A stretch of DNA of 32,000 nt, from NCBI RefSeq assembly GCF_000011325.1, contig NC_003450.3, forward strand, positions 1,380,001 through 1,412,000, written 5' to 3'. The translations under genes were made by a program, and so were the position numbers. Position 1 is the stretch's first letter, and each line of letters starts with the position of its first letter. The notes beneath the pieces were generated by a model, which was not told the origin of the DNA, made no database searches, and saw nothing but the letters and a program-made list of their open reading frames with translations. Source of the stretch: Corynebacterium glutamicum ATCC 13032. Its GTDB lineage: Bacteria > Actinomycetota > Actinomycetes > Mycobacteriales > Mycobacteriaceae. Positions 1-9,087 of this stretch are shown piece by piece.

Positions 1-259
1 GGGTGTCAGCGCCGCGTGCACCCAATGAGGCAAGCCGTGCGCCGATGGTCCATCTATTATCGCGGGAGCGTGCCAACATGCCGTGTACCTCAAGCGCTGA
101 GGCGAGGCGGTGGGCTGTAGCCCTGGGCAGATCGGTGGCAGCTGCGAGCTCTGCCAACGATCGAGGCTGTTCTGCGATGACATTGAGGATTAATACAGTG
201 CGGTCTAAAACCTTAATACCGCTCTCGGTGGAGTCCTCGATAATTTCTTGCTGTCCCAT
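1..259 (-). CDS. ltbR: IclR-family transcriptional regulator, N-terminal part (gene continues past window start)
   Basis: Absent from the ORF track because it has no stop inside the window. The reverse complement from ATG at 259-257 reads MGQQEIIEDSTESGIKVLDRTVLILNVIAEQPRSLAELAAATDLPRATAHRLASALEVHGMLARSRDNRWTIGARLASLG..., a typical IclR winged-HTH N-terminus. It is divergent from leuCD. The symbol comes from remembered C. glutamicum synteny. Confidence 0.8.
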   Translation of the reverse strand, partial: MGQQEIIEDSTESGIKVLDRTVLILNVIAEQPRSLAELAAATDLPRATAHRLASALEVHGMLARSRDNRWTIGARLASLGARGADT

Positions 260-439
260 ACCTTGAATTTAGCATTTCACCCAATGAGACGTGGTGAAGG
301 GATTCACTGTGTGTGGGGGTATAAAAAGATTTTGGGCGGGAGGTGACATTTATGCCTCTTAATAGCTATACTGTCCCATGAAACGATATTTTAATCTCAT
401 ATAGTGAGATTTACAGATTTTTAAAGGACGGTGAGTTCC
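260..439. promoter_or_regulatory. Divergent ltbR / leuCD promoter-operator region
   Basis: A 180 bp AT-rich spacer lies between divergent starts. It has -10-like hexamers tatact (366-371) and tatagt (402-407) and an SD aaaggac upstream of the leuC ATG at 440. No operator could be defined by eye. Confidence 0.4.
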
Positions 440-1885
440 ATGACCAGCCCCGTGGAGAACAGCACCTCAACTGAGAAGCTGACCCTGGCAGAGAAGGTGT
501 GGCGCGACCATGTCGTGTCCAAGGGAGAAAACGGCGAGCCCGACCTCCTCTACATCGACCTGCAGCTGCTGCATGAAGTGACCTCACCACAGGCATTTGA
601 CGGCCTGCGCATGACCGGCCGTAAACTGCGCCACCCAGAACTGCACCTGGCCACCGAAGACCACAACGTGCCAACCGAAGGCATCAAGACTGGCTCACTG
701 CTGGAAATCAACGACAAGATTTCCCGCCTGCAGGTATCTACTCTGCGCGACAACTGTGAAGAATTCGGCGTGCGCCTGCACCCAATGGGTGATGTCCGAC
801 AGGGCATCGTGCACACCGTCGGCCCACAGCTCGGCGCAACCCAGCCAGGCATGACCATTGTGTGCGGTGACTCCCACACCTCCACCCACGGTGCTTTTGG
901 CTCCATGGCATTCGGCATCGGTACCTCAGAGGTTGAGCACGTCATGGCTACTCAAACCCTGCCACTGAAGCCTTTCAAGACCATGGCCATTGAAGTTACT
1001 GGTGAACTGCAGCCAGGTGTTTCCTCCAAGGACCTGATTCTGGCGATTATCGCCAAGATCGGCACCGGCGGCGGACAGGGCTACGTTCTGGAATACCGCG
1101 GCGAAGCAATCCGTAAGATGTCCATGGATGCACGCATGACCATGTGCAACATGTCCATCGAAGCTGGCGCACGTGCCGGCATGATCGCCCCAGACCAAAC
1201 CACCTTCGACTACGTTGAAGGCCGCGAAATGGCACCAAAGGGCGCCGACTGGGACGAAGCAGTTGCTTACTGGAAGACCCTGCCAACCGACGAAGGCGCA
1301 ACCTTTGACAAGGTCGTAGAAATCGATGGCTCCGCACTGACCCCATTCATCACCTGGGGCACCAACCCAGGCCAGGGCCTGCCACTGGGCGAATCCGTAC
1401 CAAGCCCAGAAGACTTCACCAACGACAACGACAAGGCAGCAGCCGAAAAGGCACTGCAGTACATGGACCTGGTACCAGGAACCCCACTGCGCGACATCAA
1501 GATCGACACCGTCTTCCTGGGATCCTGCACCAACGCCCGCATCGAAGACCTGCAGATCGCCGCTGACATCCTCAAGGGCCACAAAATCGCCGACGGCATG
1601 CGCATGATGGTCGTGCCTTCCTCCACCTGGATCAAGCAAGAGGCAGAAGCGCTCGGACTGGACAAAATCTTCACCGACGCTGGCGCTGAATGGCGTACCG
1701 CAGGCTGCTCCATGTGCCTGGGCATGAACCCAGACCAACTGAAGCCAGGCGAGCGCTCCGCATCCACCTCCAACCGAAACTTCGAAGGACGCCAAGGACC
1801 AGGAGGCCGCACCCACCTGGTATCCCCAGCAGTCGCAGCCGCCACCGCAATCCGCGGCACCCTGTCCTCACCTGCAGATATCTAA
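440..1885 (+). CDS. leuC: 3-isopropylmalate dehydratase large subunit
   Basis: Aconitase-family sequence with Cys ligand motifs ([15 protein letters not shown]). It is followed by leuD. ATG at 440 is preferred over the GTG at 431 in the track because of the SD aaaggac 8-14 nt upstream. Confidence 0.97.
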   Translation: MTSPVENSTSTEKLTLAEKVWRDHVVSKGENGEPDLLYIDLQLLHEVTSPQAFDGLRMTGRKLRHPELHLATEDHNVPTEGIKTGSLLEINDKISRLQVSTLRDNCEEFGVRLHPMGDVRQGIVHTVGPQLGATQPGMTIVCGDSHTSTHGAFGSMAFGIGTSEVEHVMATQTLPLKPFKTMAIEVTGELQPGVSSKDLILAIIAKIGTGGGQGYVLEYRGEAIRKMSMDARMTMCNMSIEAGARAGMIAPDQTTFDYVEGREMAPKGADWDEAVAYWKTLPTDEGATFDKVVEIDGSALTPFITWGTNPGQGLPLGESVPSPEDFTNDNDKAAAEKALQYMDLVPGTPLRDIKIDTVFLGSCTNARIEDLQIAADILKGHKIADGMRMMVVPSSTWIKQEAEALGLDKIFTDAGAEWRTAGCSMCLGMNPDQLKPGERSASTSNRNFEGRQGPGGRTHLVSPAVAAATAIRGTLSSPADI

Positions 1886-1901
1886 GGAAGGCTAGAAAAC
1901 A

Positions 1902-2495
1902 ATGGAAAAATTTACCACCTACACCGGCGTTGGCGTTCCACTGCAGCGATCCAACGTGGACACCGACCAGATCATCCCAGCCGTCTACCTCAAGCGCGTC
2001 ACCCGGACCGGCTTCGAAGACGGACTGTTTTCCAACTGGCGCCAAAACGACCCCAACTTTGTCCTCAACACCGACACCTACAAGAACGGCTCCGTTCTCG
2101 TAGCAGGCCCTGACTTTGGCACCGGCTCCTCCCGCGAGCACGCCGTCTGGGCACTCATGGACTACGGCTTCCGCGCTGTCTTCTCCTCACGATTCGCCGA
2201 CATCTTCCGCGGCAACTCCGGAAAAGCGGGCATGCTCACCGGCATCATGGAACAGTCCGACATCGAACTTCTGTGGAAGCTCATGGAACAAACCCCAGGC
2301 CTCGAACTGACCGTGAACCTGGAAAAGCAGATCGTCACCGCAGGCGACGTAGTGATCAGCTTCGAAGTTGACCCCTACATCCGCTGGCGTTTGATGGAAG
2401 GCCTCGACGACGCTGGCCTGACCCTGCGCAAGCTCGATGAAATTGAAGACTACGAGGCTAAGCGCCCTGCGTTTAAGCCACGCACTAACGCTTAA
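1902..2495 (+). CDS. leuD: 3-isopropylmalate dehydratase small subunit
   Basis: 197 aa with the LeuD swivel-domain motif [13 protein letters not shown]. It begins 17 nt after leuC and is preceded by the SD ggaagg. Confidence 0.97.
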   Translation: MEKFTTYTGVGVPLQRSNVDTDQIIPAVYLKRVTRTGFEDGLFSNWRQNDPNFVLNTDTYKNGSVLVAGPDFGTGSSREHAVWALMDYGFRAVFSSRFADIFRGNSGKAGMLTGIMEQSDIELLWKLMEQTPGLELTVNLEKQIVTAGDVVISFEVDPYIRWRLMEGLDDAGLTLRKLDEIEDYEAKRPAFKPRTNA

Positions 2496-2513
2496 GTTTC
2501 AGTCTGATAGCGA

Positions 2514-2550
2514 AAGCACCCCGTGATCTTCCGTCGCGGGGTGCTTTTGT
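2514..2550 (+). terminator. Rho-independent terminator of leuCD
   Basis: Stem gcaccccg (2517-2524) pairs with cggggtgc (2538-2545), followed by tttt (2546-2549). Confidence 0.75.
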
Positions 2551-2841
2551 GCGTCTTGGTGGGCGAGTGGAGTGGGCATGTCTGGAATAGACCAAGAGGC
2601 CCTGGATTCCCTTAAGGTCTTGGTCTTTTTCGTACGTTTTGAGGCCTGGGAAGTGCATATCCAGACCAAGGGACCCCGGTAAGCCAAGACCCTTGGTTTA
2701 ATATGACGCTCCGCCCCGAGCAAGCCGAAACCATTACCTAGAACGCATGAAAAGTGCCCCTCCAGAATGGGTTCTAAGCCCCTAACAGGCTCAAACCCAA
2801 GCCCATACCCACTCGCCAAACTGGAGGCCTTAAACGCGCTC

Positions 2842-3852
2842 CTATTTAACCGGCAGGGAACTCGCCAGGTAATCAGCGCCGGTGAACACACCGTCGTGAA
2901 AGCTCAACACCCACACGCTGCCCTTTTTCGCCTTGATCTTCTCATCGATAGGGAGGGTGCCGTTCTCGGAGAACCATTTGATCATTTCCGGAATGATGTC
3001 GCCCTGCCCAACGATCATCGGCACGCCACCTTGCGCGACCACGTCGGTGAAGCGCTTCTTGCAGGCCTCGGGATCGGTTTCCCAGGCGTCGTCGCCGAAC
3101 AGTCGGTTGACGGACACGTCGAGGCCGAGCTCATCGGCAAGGGGGAGCGCGGTGGCTTGGCAGCGATCGGGCACCGCCGAGTAAATTGCGGTGGGTTTGA
3201 AGGGCAACAACATGGGTACGAGCATTTCTGCTTGTCGACGCCCCTTTTTGTCCAATGGGCGCTTATTGTCGTCGCCACCCCAGGTTTGGCGACCATGTGC
3301 ATGAGCATGGCGAACATACAGCACCCGAGTGGTGGAAGGAGTGCGGAAACGCTTTGCTGCCTTGGCCAGAACTTCGGTATCTACTTGGTAGCTGAGCAAC
3401 TCGCATGCTTCATCAACAGACAGCCAACGGATTTCATCAACTTCATCGTTGGGGACAAACTCTCCACCAAGAACCTGGGCAGTCCAGTAGTAGACCACTT
3501 TGGTTCGGTCGAGCACAGGGTAAGTAACCTTGCCGATCAGCTTGCCCAGACGGATGTCGTAGCCAGTTTCTTCAAGGATTTCACGGGCCGCGGTTGTCGG
3601 AATAGACTCGCCGGGATCGACTTTGCCCTTGGCCAGGGACCAGTCATCATAGTGCGGGCGGTGGATGACAGCGACCTCGATGCTGTCCGGGTTGGTGATG
3701 TCGCCGCGCCACAGTACTGCACCTGCTGCAAGAGTTGGGCGGGTGAATTCCTCAGTGGGACGCGCCGGGATCTGTTGCAGGCGACCGTTGATCAGCATGG
3801 CTGAATCTTGGTCTTTGTCCACCTCATGAGGCTTATTGTTCTTATTTGCCAT
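2842..3852 (-). CDS. Nudix hydrolase fused to a C-terminal histidine-phosphatase (SixA-like) domain, MutT1-like
   Basis: Nudix box GKVDPGESIPTTAAREILEETG. A C-terminal RHAHA (RHG-type) motif marks a histidine phosphatase domain. The architecture and the position next to leuD/gpsA match mycobacterial MutT1. Start chosen at MANKNN (ATG 3852, SD ggaaggtg upstream). The longest ORF reaches 3921. Confidence 0.85.
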   Translation of the reverse strand: MANKNNKPHEVDKDQDSAMLINGRLQQIPARPTEEFTRPTLAAGAVLWRGDITNPDSIEVAVIHRPHYDDWSLAKGKVDPGESIPTTAAREILEETGYDIRLGKLIGKVTYPVLDRTKVVYYWTAQVLGGEFVPNDEVDEIRWLSVDEACELLSYQVDTEVLAKAAKRFRTPSTTRVLYVRHAHAHGRQTWGGDDNKRPLDKKGRRQAEMLVPMLLPFKPTAIYSAVPDRCQATALPLADELGLDVSVNRLFGDDAWETDPEACKKRFTDVVAQGGVPMIVGQGDIIPEMIKWFSENGTLPIDEKIKAKKGSVWVLSFHDGVFTGADYLASSLPVK

Positions 3853-4129
3853 TGGGTGCGATTCACCTTCCGCGTTGTGGTGCACACAGTTCTTGGTAGA
3901 AACCAGATTAAAAACGCGCACATAAGTGAATGAAAAACTACTTCCATCTATTGTTCACCAGCGACCCGCTCATTGCACATTCTGGACTCGGCGTGTGGCG
4001 ACATTTTTGGATGATTCCTGGCAAATTCTGGGCAGCAGCGGCAGGTTTCCAGGAGGTTTCCATGCGGGTGGCTTGGGACATGGGCTAACCTGAGACGGTT
4101 AAATATCGTTTTCGAAAGGTGGGTTTCGC

Positions 4130-5128
4130 GTGGTTTCTGTAAGCGTGATGGGTGCAGGTTCCTGGGGAACCACGTTGGCCAAGGTCTTCTCTGATGCTGG
4201 CAACGCTGTGACGTTGTGGGCGAGGCGGGAAGAGTTGGCAAGCACCATCCGTGACAGCCATGAAAACCGTGATTACCTTCCGGGGATTACGTTGCCGGAG
4301 TCGCTGCAGGTCACATCATCGGCAACGGAGGCTTTAGAGGGCGCAGCCATTGTGGTGTTGGCGATTCCTTCGCAGGCGTTGCGTGGCAATTTGGCGGAGT
4401 GGAAAGAGACGATCCCGCAGGATGCGACCTTGGTGTCCTTGGCTAAAGGTATTGAAAAGGGCACGCACCTGCGGATGAGTGAAGTGATCGCGGAGGTGAC
4501 GGAAGCGGATCCTTCACGCATCGCGGTGTTGTCGGGGCCAAACCTTGCTCGTGAGATCGCGGAGGGGCAGCCTGCAGCTACGGTGATTGCTTGCCCTGAT
4601 GAAAACCGAGCGAAACTTGTGCAGGCTGCAGTGGCTGCGCCGTATTTCCGCCCGTACACCAACACTGATGTGGTGGGCACTGAAATCGGTGGTGCGTGTA
4701 AGAACGTCATCGCGCTGGCCTGTGGTATTTCCCATGGTTACGGCCTGGGTGAGAACACCAATGCATCGTTGATTACTCGTGGCCTTGCAGAGATCGCACG
4801 CCTCGGTGCCACATTGGGTGCGGATGCGAAGACTTTTTCTGGCCTTGCGGGAATGGGCGACTTGGTGGCTACGTGTTCATCACCGCTGTCGCGTAACCGC
4901 AGCTTCGGTGAGCGTTTGGGTCAGGGTGAATCCCTAGAGAAGGCTCGCGAGGCAACCAATGGTCAGGTTGCGGAGGGTGTTATTTCCTCGCAGTCGATTT
5001 TTGATCTTGCCACCAAGCTTGGTGTGGAGATGCCGATCACCCAGGCTGTCTACGGTGTGTGCCACCGAGATATGAAAGTAACTGACATGATTGTGGCTCT
5101 CATGGGCAGGTCTAAGAAGGCTGAGTAG
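4130..5128 (+). CDS. gpsA: NAD(P)H-dependent glycerol-3-phosphate dehydrogenase
   Basis: N-terminal Rossmann motif [12 protein letters not shown] and full-length GpsA-like sequence. GTG start with the SD aaaggtggg 6 nt upstream. Confidence 0.95.
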   Translation: MVSVSVMGAGSWGTTLAKVFSDAGNAVTLWARREELASTIRDSHENRDYLPGITLPESLQVTSSATEALEGAAIVVLAIPSQALRGNLAEWKETIPQDATLVSLAKGIEKGTHLRMSEVIAEVTEADPSRIAVLSGPNLAREIAEGQPAATVIACPDENRAKLVQAAVAAPYFRPYTNTDVVGTEIGGACKNVIALACGISHGYGLGENTNASLITRGLAEIARLGATLGADAKTFSGLAGMGDLVATCSSPLSRNRSFGERLGQGESLEKAREATNGQVAEGVISSQSIFDLATKLGVEMPITQAVYGVCHRDMKVTDMIVALMGRSKKAE

Positions 5129-5152
5129 TCTTAGGTTGTAAGCTTCAATGCT

Positions 5153-6235
5153 GTGAGCAACTCTAATTCTGGAAAAGTCCGCGTCGCAGTCGTTTATGGT
5201 GGTCGCAGTTCTGAGCACTCCGTCTCCTGCGTCTCCGCTGGTGCTATCATGGCCCATCTCGATCCTGAGAAGTACGATGTGATTCCCGTCGGCATTACTG
5301 TCGACGGCGCGTGGGTTGTTGGTGAAACCGATCCACAGAAGCTAACTCTCATCGATCGCACCATGCCTGAGGTGGAGCATCATGAAGAGGTTCGCCCAAG
5401 CCTGGATCCCGCACACCGTGGAGAGTTCCACTTTTCCGATGGCAGCTTGTATGCCACCGCTGATGTGATTTTCCCTGTGCTGCATGGTCGTTTTGGTGAA
5501 GACGGCACTGTGCAGGGTCTGTTTGCACTGTCTGATATTCCGGTCGTTGGCCCAGGTGTGCTGGCCTCTGCTGCGGGAATGGACAAGGAATACACTAAGA
5601 AGCTCATGGCAGCGGAAGGGCTGCCCGTTGGCCGTGAGGTGATTCTACGTGATCGTACCGAGCTGACCGAGGCAGAAAAGAACCTGCTGGGCCTGCCTGT
5701 ATTTGTGAAGCCTGCGCGTGGTGGCTCATCGATTGGTATCTCTCGTGTTACTGCGTGGGAGGATTTTAATAAGGCTGTGGGGCTTGCTCGTGCCCATGAT
5801 GAGAAGGTCATTGTGGAATCAGAGATCGTTGGCTCTGAGGTGGAGTGTGGCGTGCTGCAGTATCCAGACGGTCGTATCGTGGCGTCTGTTCCTGCGTTGC
5901 TGTCTGGCACCGAATCAGGCGCTGGTGGATTCTATGACTTTGATACCAAGTACTTGGACAACGTTGTTACTGCAGAGATCCCAGCACCGCTTGATGAGAA
6001 GACCACGGAACTGATCCAGTCTTTGGCTGTGGAATCTTTCCAGGCTCTTGCGTGTGAAGGCCTTGCTCGCGTGGACTTCTTTGTTACCGCCAATGGTCCT
6101 GTGCTCAATGAGATCAACACCATGCCAGGATTTACCCCCATTTCCATGTACCCACAGATGTTCACTGCATCAGGCGTGGCTTATGAGGAATTGTTGGATG
6201 TGTTGGTGCAGCAGGCATTGCACCGCGACAACTAG
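5153..6235 (+). CDS. ddl: D-alanine--D-alanine ligase
   Basis: 360 aa with VAVVYGGRSSEHSVS, an ATP-grasp core and the C-terminal NEINTMPGFT motif. gpsA-ddl synteny matches other actinobacteria. Confidence 0.95.
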   Translation: MSNSNSGKVRVAVVYGGRSSEHSVSCVSAGAIMAHLDPEKYDVIPVGITVDGAWVVGETDPQKLTLIDRTMPEVEHHEEVRPSLDPAHRGEFHFSDGSLYATADVIFPVLHGRFGEDGTVQGLFALSDIPVVGPGVLASAAGMDKEYTKKLMAAEGLPVGREVILRDRTELTEAEKNLLGLPVFVKPARGGSSIGISRVTAWEDFNKAVGLARAHDEKVIVESEIVGSEVECGVLQYPDGRIVASVPALLSGTESGAGGFYDFDTKYLDNVVTAEIPAPLDEKTTELIQSLAVESFQALACEGLARVDFFVTANGPVLNEINTMPGFTPISMYPQMFTASGVAYEELLDVLVQQALHRDN

Positions 6236-6247
6236 CATCAAATAAAA

Positions 6248-6284
6248 ACAGCCCCACCTCTCAAACAAGGTGGGGCGATTTTTT
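6248..6284. terminator. Bidirectional intrinsic terminator between convergent ddl and the DUF3515 gene
   Basis: Stem gccccacc (6251-6258) pairs with ggtggggc (6269-6276). It is flanked by an A-run upstream and tttttt downstream. Confidence 0.75.
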
Positions 6285-6289
6285 ATGTC

Positions 6290-7270
6290 TTATTCCGCAG
6301 GAACCGTGTCTTCAATGAAACCGGAGATAGTAATCAGGGAAGAGGAAGCAGCCTGAGGCAGAGACACGGCGATGTCGATCTCGCGTCCAAGGGCATACCA
6401 GGTAGACGAGGTGGTACCGGAGGCCAAAATGGTGTCCTCGAACCACGGGATGTCATCGATCTGCTGCAACATGGCACCGGCTGCGTAGTTCTCAGAAGGC
6501 TCCACGCCGCAACGGATCACAATGGGTTCTAATCCCGGCGTGTCCCACGCGACTGCGTCGTCGGAGTATCCGGCGGCCTGCATGCGGTCCTCCTCGATGC
6601 GTTCGTACGTTGTGCCGTCGTCGCCGCCGACTTCGAGTTGGCGGGGGAGGGCGTCGAAAAGCGAAGTGCATGTGGTGCCGGCTGAGCTCAAGCCGGTAAG
6701 TGGGGCGTCGAAGGGCTGGCCGTCGCGCTTTTCTAGCTTGTCGACGGCGCTGCTGAAGGGGGCGACGGGGTTGTCGGCGCTGTCGGTGCTGATGTCATCG
6801 GCGGTGATGGCGACGACGGGGAAGCGGTTGACGGAGTACCAGGTCTCCAGGGAGGAGCCGGGGGTCATGTCGGAGACAGGTAGCCAGGTGGTGCCGTCGA
6901 CGTCGACGGTGTTGGCGAGCGCGGTGTACTGGAATGGCATATCGACGCCACAACGCAGCGTCACACGCTCGAGGTCTGAGGTGGACCAGGCGGCAGCGCC
7001 CGGTGGAACAGGATCCATGATTTCTGCACGGGTGTGCCCGAAGGCCTCGCCGGGGAGATCCTCGAGTAATGCGGCGCACTCAGCAGATTCTGCGTCTGGG
7101 GCGGGAAGCCCACTCATGGCTATCTGTTGCTGGCCGGCGGGGCCAAGGAGGACTCGGGCGCCGAACAGCACCGCCAAAACCAACACAATAGATAACACTA
7201 GGGCAATAATCATGGGGGTTTTGTTAATTCCCCCGTTGGCTGGGCGACCAGCACTGTTCACGGCACTCAT
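6290..7270 (-). CDS. Membrane-anchored DUF3515-like protein with two tandem DUF3515-type repeats
   Basis: One N-terminal TM helix (MIIALVLSIVLVLAVLFGA). Two copies of the pattern C..L...LP ... AW ... (T/V)(L/I)RCGV..P ... W. It sits where the mycobacterial DUF3515 protein lies, between ddl and thiL. Confidence 0.8.
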   Translation of the reverse strand: MSAVNSAGRPANGGINKTPMIIALVLSIVLVLAVLFGARVLLGPAGQQQIAMSGLPAPDAESAECAALLEDLPGEAFGHTRAEIMDPVPPGAAAWSTSDLERVTLRCGVDMPFQYTALANTVDVDGTTWLPVSDMTPGSSLETWYSVNRFPVVAITADDISTDSADNPVAPFSSAVDKLEKRDGQPFDAPLTGLSSAGTTCTSLFDALPRQLEVGGDDGTTYERIEEDRMQAAGYSDDAVAWDTPGLEPIVIRCGVEPSENYAAGAMLQQIDDIPWFEDTILASGTTSSTWYALGREIDIAVSLPQAASSSLITISGFIEDTVPAE

Positions 7271-7331
7271 GTGTCCTGAGCCTACCTGTGGGGCGATAGA
7301 CTAGAAAAATACTGACACTTGAACCAAGGAG

Positions 7332-8327
7332 TTGACTTTGGCGCACTCACTTTCATTCCCGGATTCGCTTCGCGACGGGCCAACCGTTGGAGACCTCGGG
7401 GAATTTGAAGTGATTCGGGTAATCACGGAGCAAGCTGGATCATCTCTCAACGGCGATGACGCAGCTGTGCTTCGGCATGCATCACCCAATTCCAGGGCTG
7501 TTGTCACCACCGACATGTTGGTTGCGGGTAGGCATTTCCAATTGGATTGGTCCACCCCGGAACAAATAGGGCAGAAGGCGATTGTGCAGAACTTTGCTGA
7601 TATTGAGGCGATGGGTGCACGTCCAGTAGCCGCATTGTTGGCGATTTCCGCCCCCACACACACCCCCGTGGAGTTTGTCCGAGGCTTAGCCCGTGGCATG
7701 AATCAACGCTTGGAGGAGTACTCCGCGGAACTTGTTGGCGGAGACATCACCAGCGGGGACTCCTTGGTTATTGCTGTAACTGCAATTGGTCAACTGGGTG
7801 GATCCTTGCCAGAGCTGACGTTGGGACGTGCCCGACCAGGACAGACCCTGGTGGCCCACGGAAAGATCGGTTACTCCGCAGCAGGCCTTGCTCTACTGCA
7901 GCACTTTGGTCCAGACAACGTTCCAGAGCACCTTCGCCCCTTGGTGGATGCACACTGCGCACCAGTTCTCACCCCAGGCCGAGGCATGGTGGCACGCGCT
8001 GCTGGAGCGACCGCCATGACTGATAACTCGGACGGACTGATTGTGGATCTTAACCAAATGGCCATGAAGTCTGGTGTGCGCATCGATGTGGATTCCTCTA
8101 GCATCAGCCCCGATGAACTCCTTAGCGAAGCCGCTTCCGTACTCGGAACAGACGCCTGGCGATGGATCTTAAGCGGCGGGGAAGACCACACCCTGCTCTC
8201 TACGACGTTTGGCGATGCCCCCTCTGGATTCCGCACCATCGGCCAAGTCACCAAAACACGCCACGAAGACCTCGTCACCGTAGATAAGAAAACCCCCGCA
8301 TTTTCCGATGGATGGAGAAGCTTCTAA
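7332..8327 (+). CDS. thiL: Thiamine-monophosphate kinase
   Basis: AIR-synthase-related fold motifs [23 protein letters not shown] and [13 protein letters not shown] start at 7332. The TTG at 7338 has better spacing to the SD aaggag (7325-7330). Confidence 0.9.
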   Translation: MTLAHSLSFPDSLRDGPTVGDLGEFEVIRVITEQAGSSLNGDDAAVLRHASPNSRAVVTTDMLVAGRHFQLDWSTPEQIGQKAIVQNFADIEAMGARPVAALLAISAPTHTPVEFVRGLARGMNQRLEEYSAELVGGDITSGDSLVIAVTAIGQLGGSLPELTLGRARPGQTLVAHGKIGYSAAGLALLQHFGPDNVPEHLRPLVDAHCAPVLTPGRGMVARAAGATAMTDNSDGLIVDLNQMAMKSGVRIDVDSSSISPDELLSEAASVLGTDAWRWILSGGEDHTLLSTTFGDAPSGFRTIGQVTKTRHEDLVTVDKKTPAFSDGWRSF

Positions 8328-9076
8328 TGACCAACACCCTATGGAATTCAGTAGACGAACTCCCCATCCACGACTCCTGGAAACCAGTACTCAAACCAGT
8401 CGAAGACGCCATCCGAAAACTCGGTGTATTCCTCGCGGAAGAAGAATTCCTTCCACCAGTAGATGACGTATTCAGAGCATTTAGCTACCCCTTTGACGCA
8501 GTAAAAGTACTGATCATGGGACAAGACCCATATCCCACCCCAGGACATGCCATGGGACTGAGCTTTTCCACCCAACCAGACGTACGACCACTGCCACGGA
8601 GCCTGAACAATATCTTCAAAGAGCTGGTGAGTGATGTCGGCTCTTTAGGCGATTCGGCGTCAGAGCAGGGGGCCTTGGACTTAGGTATTAACGCGCCGGG
8701 CTCTGTCGCTGGCACACAAGTTGCCTTGCCCGCGGACGGCGACCTCCGTGCATGGAGCAACCAAGGCGTCGCATTGTTCAACCGCGTACTCACCGTCCAC
8801 CCAGGCCAGGCCGGAAGCCACAAGGGTAAAGGCTGGGAAGCGGTAACCGAACAGGCGATTAAAGCCTTGGCGGAGCGGGATCAACCCTTGGTGGCAATCC
8901 TGTGGGGTAAACAAGCCCAAGAGGTACAGAAATTCCTTGGAGATACGCCGTGTATCTGCTCAGTGCACCCATCACCGCTGTCGGCGTCGAGAGGCTTTTT
9001 TGGCTCTAAGCCTTTTAGTCGTGCGAACGAAATCTTAAGCAGCCTCGGTGCCACCGAGATCGATTGGTCGCTGTAA
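8327..9076 (+). CDS. ung: Uracil-DNA glycosylase (family 1) with an internal insertion
   Basis: Motifs [21 protein letters not shown] and [11 protein letters not shown] 8327 overlaps the thiL stop (taATG) and has the SD ggagaag 6 nt upstream. The track ORF starts at 8312. Confidence 0.93.
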   Translation: MTNTLWNSVDELPIHDSWKPVLKPVEDAIRKLGVFLAEEEFLPPVDDVFRAFSYPFDAVKVLIMGQDPYPTPGHAMGLSFSTQPDVRPLPRSLNNIFKELVSDVGSLGDSASEQGALDLGINAPGSVAGTQVALPADGDLRAWSNQGVALFNRVLTVHPGQAGSHKGKGWEAVTEQAIKALAERDQPLVAILWGKQAQEVQKFLGDTPCICSVHPSPLSASRGFFGSKPFSRANEILSSLGATEIDWSL

Positions 9077-9087
9077 GGTATCTGATT

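Noticed and set aside
3-266. 87-aa plus-strand ORF at the window start
   Set aside because: It is the antisense shadow of the IclR-type regulator N-terminus, which reads convincingly on the minus strand. Its own translation is Arg/Ala-rich with no motif.
260-439. Leucine-rich leader peptide or attenuator upstream of leuC
   Set aside because: The small ORFs here (MRRGEGIHCVWGYKKILGGR, MPLNSYTVP, MKRYFNLI) contain no Leu runs. No alternative terminator/antiterminator hairpins were seen.
926-1860. Long minus-strand ORFs inside leuC (926-1816, 1267-1860, 550-945)
   Set aside because: They are antisense to an unmistakable leuC and have low-complexity translations.
2767-3804. 345-aa plus-strand ORF
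   Set aside because: It lies fully antisense to the Nudix/histidine-phosphatase gene, which has clear motifs. This is a typical GC-rich shadow ORF.
6522-7304. 260-aa plus-strand ORF
   Set aside because: It is antisense to the DUF3515-like gene. The translation is Ser/Ala/Pro-rich with no start context.
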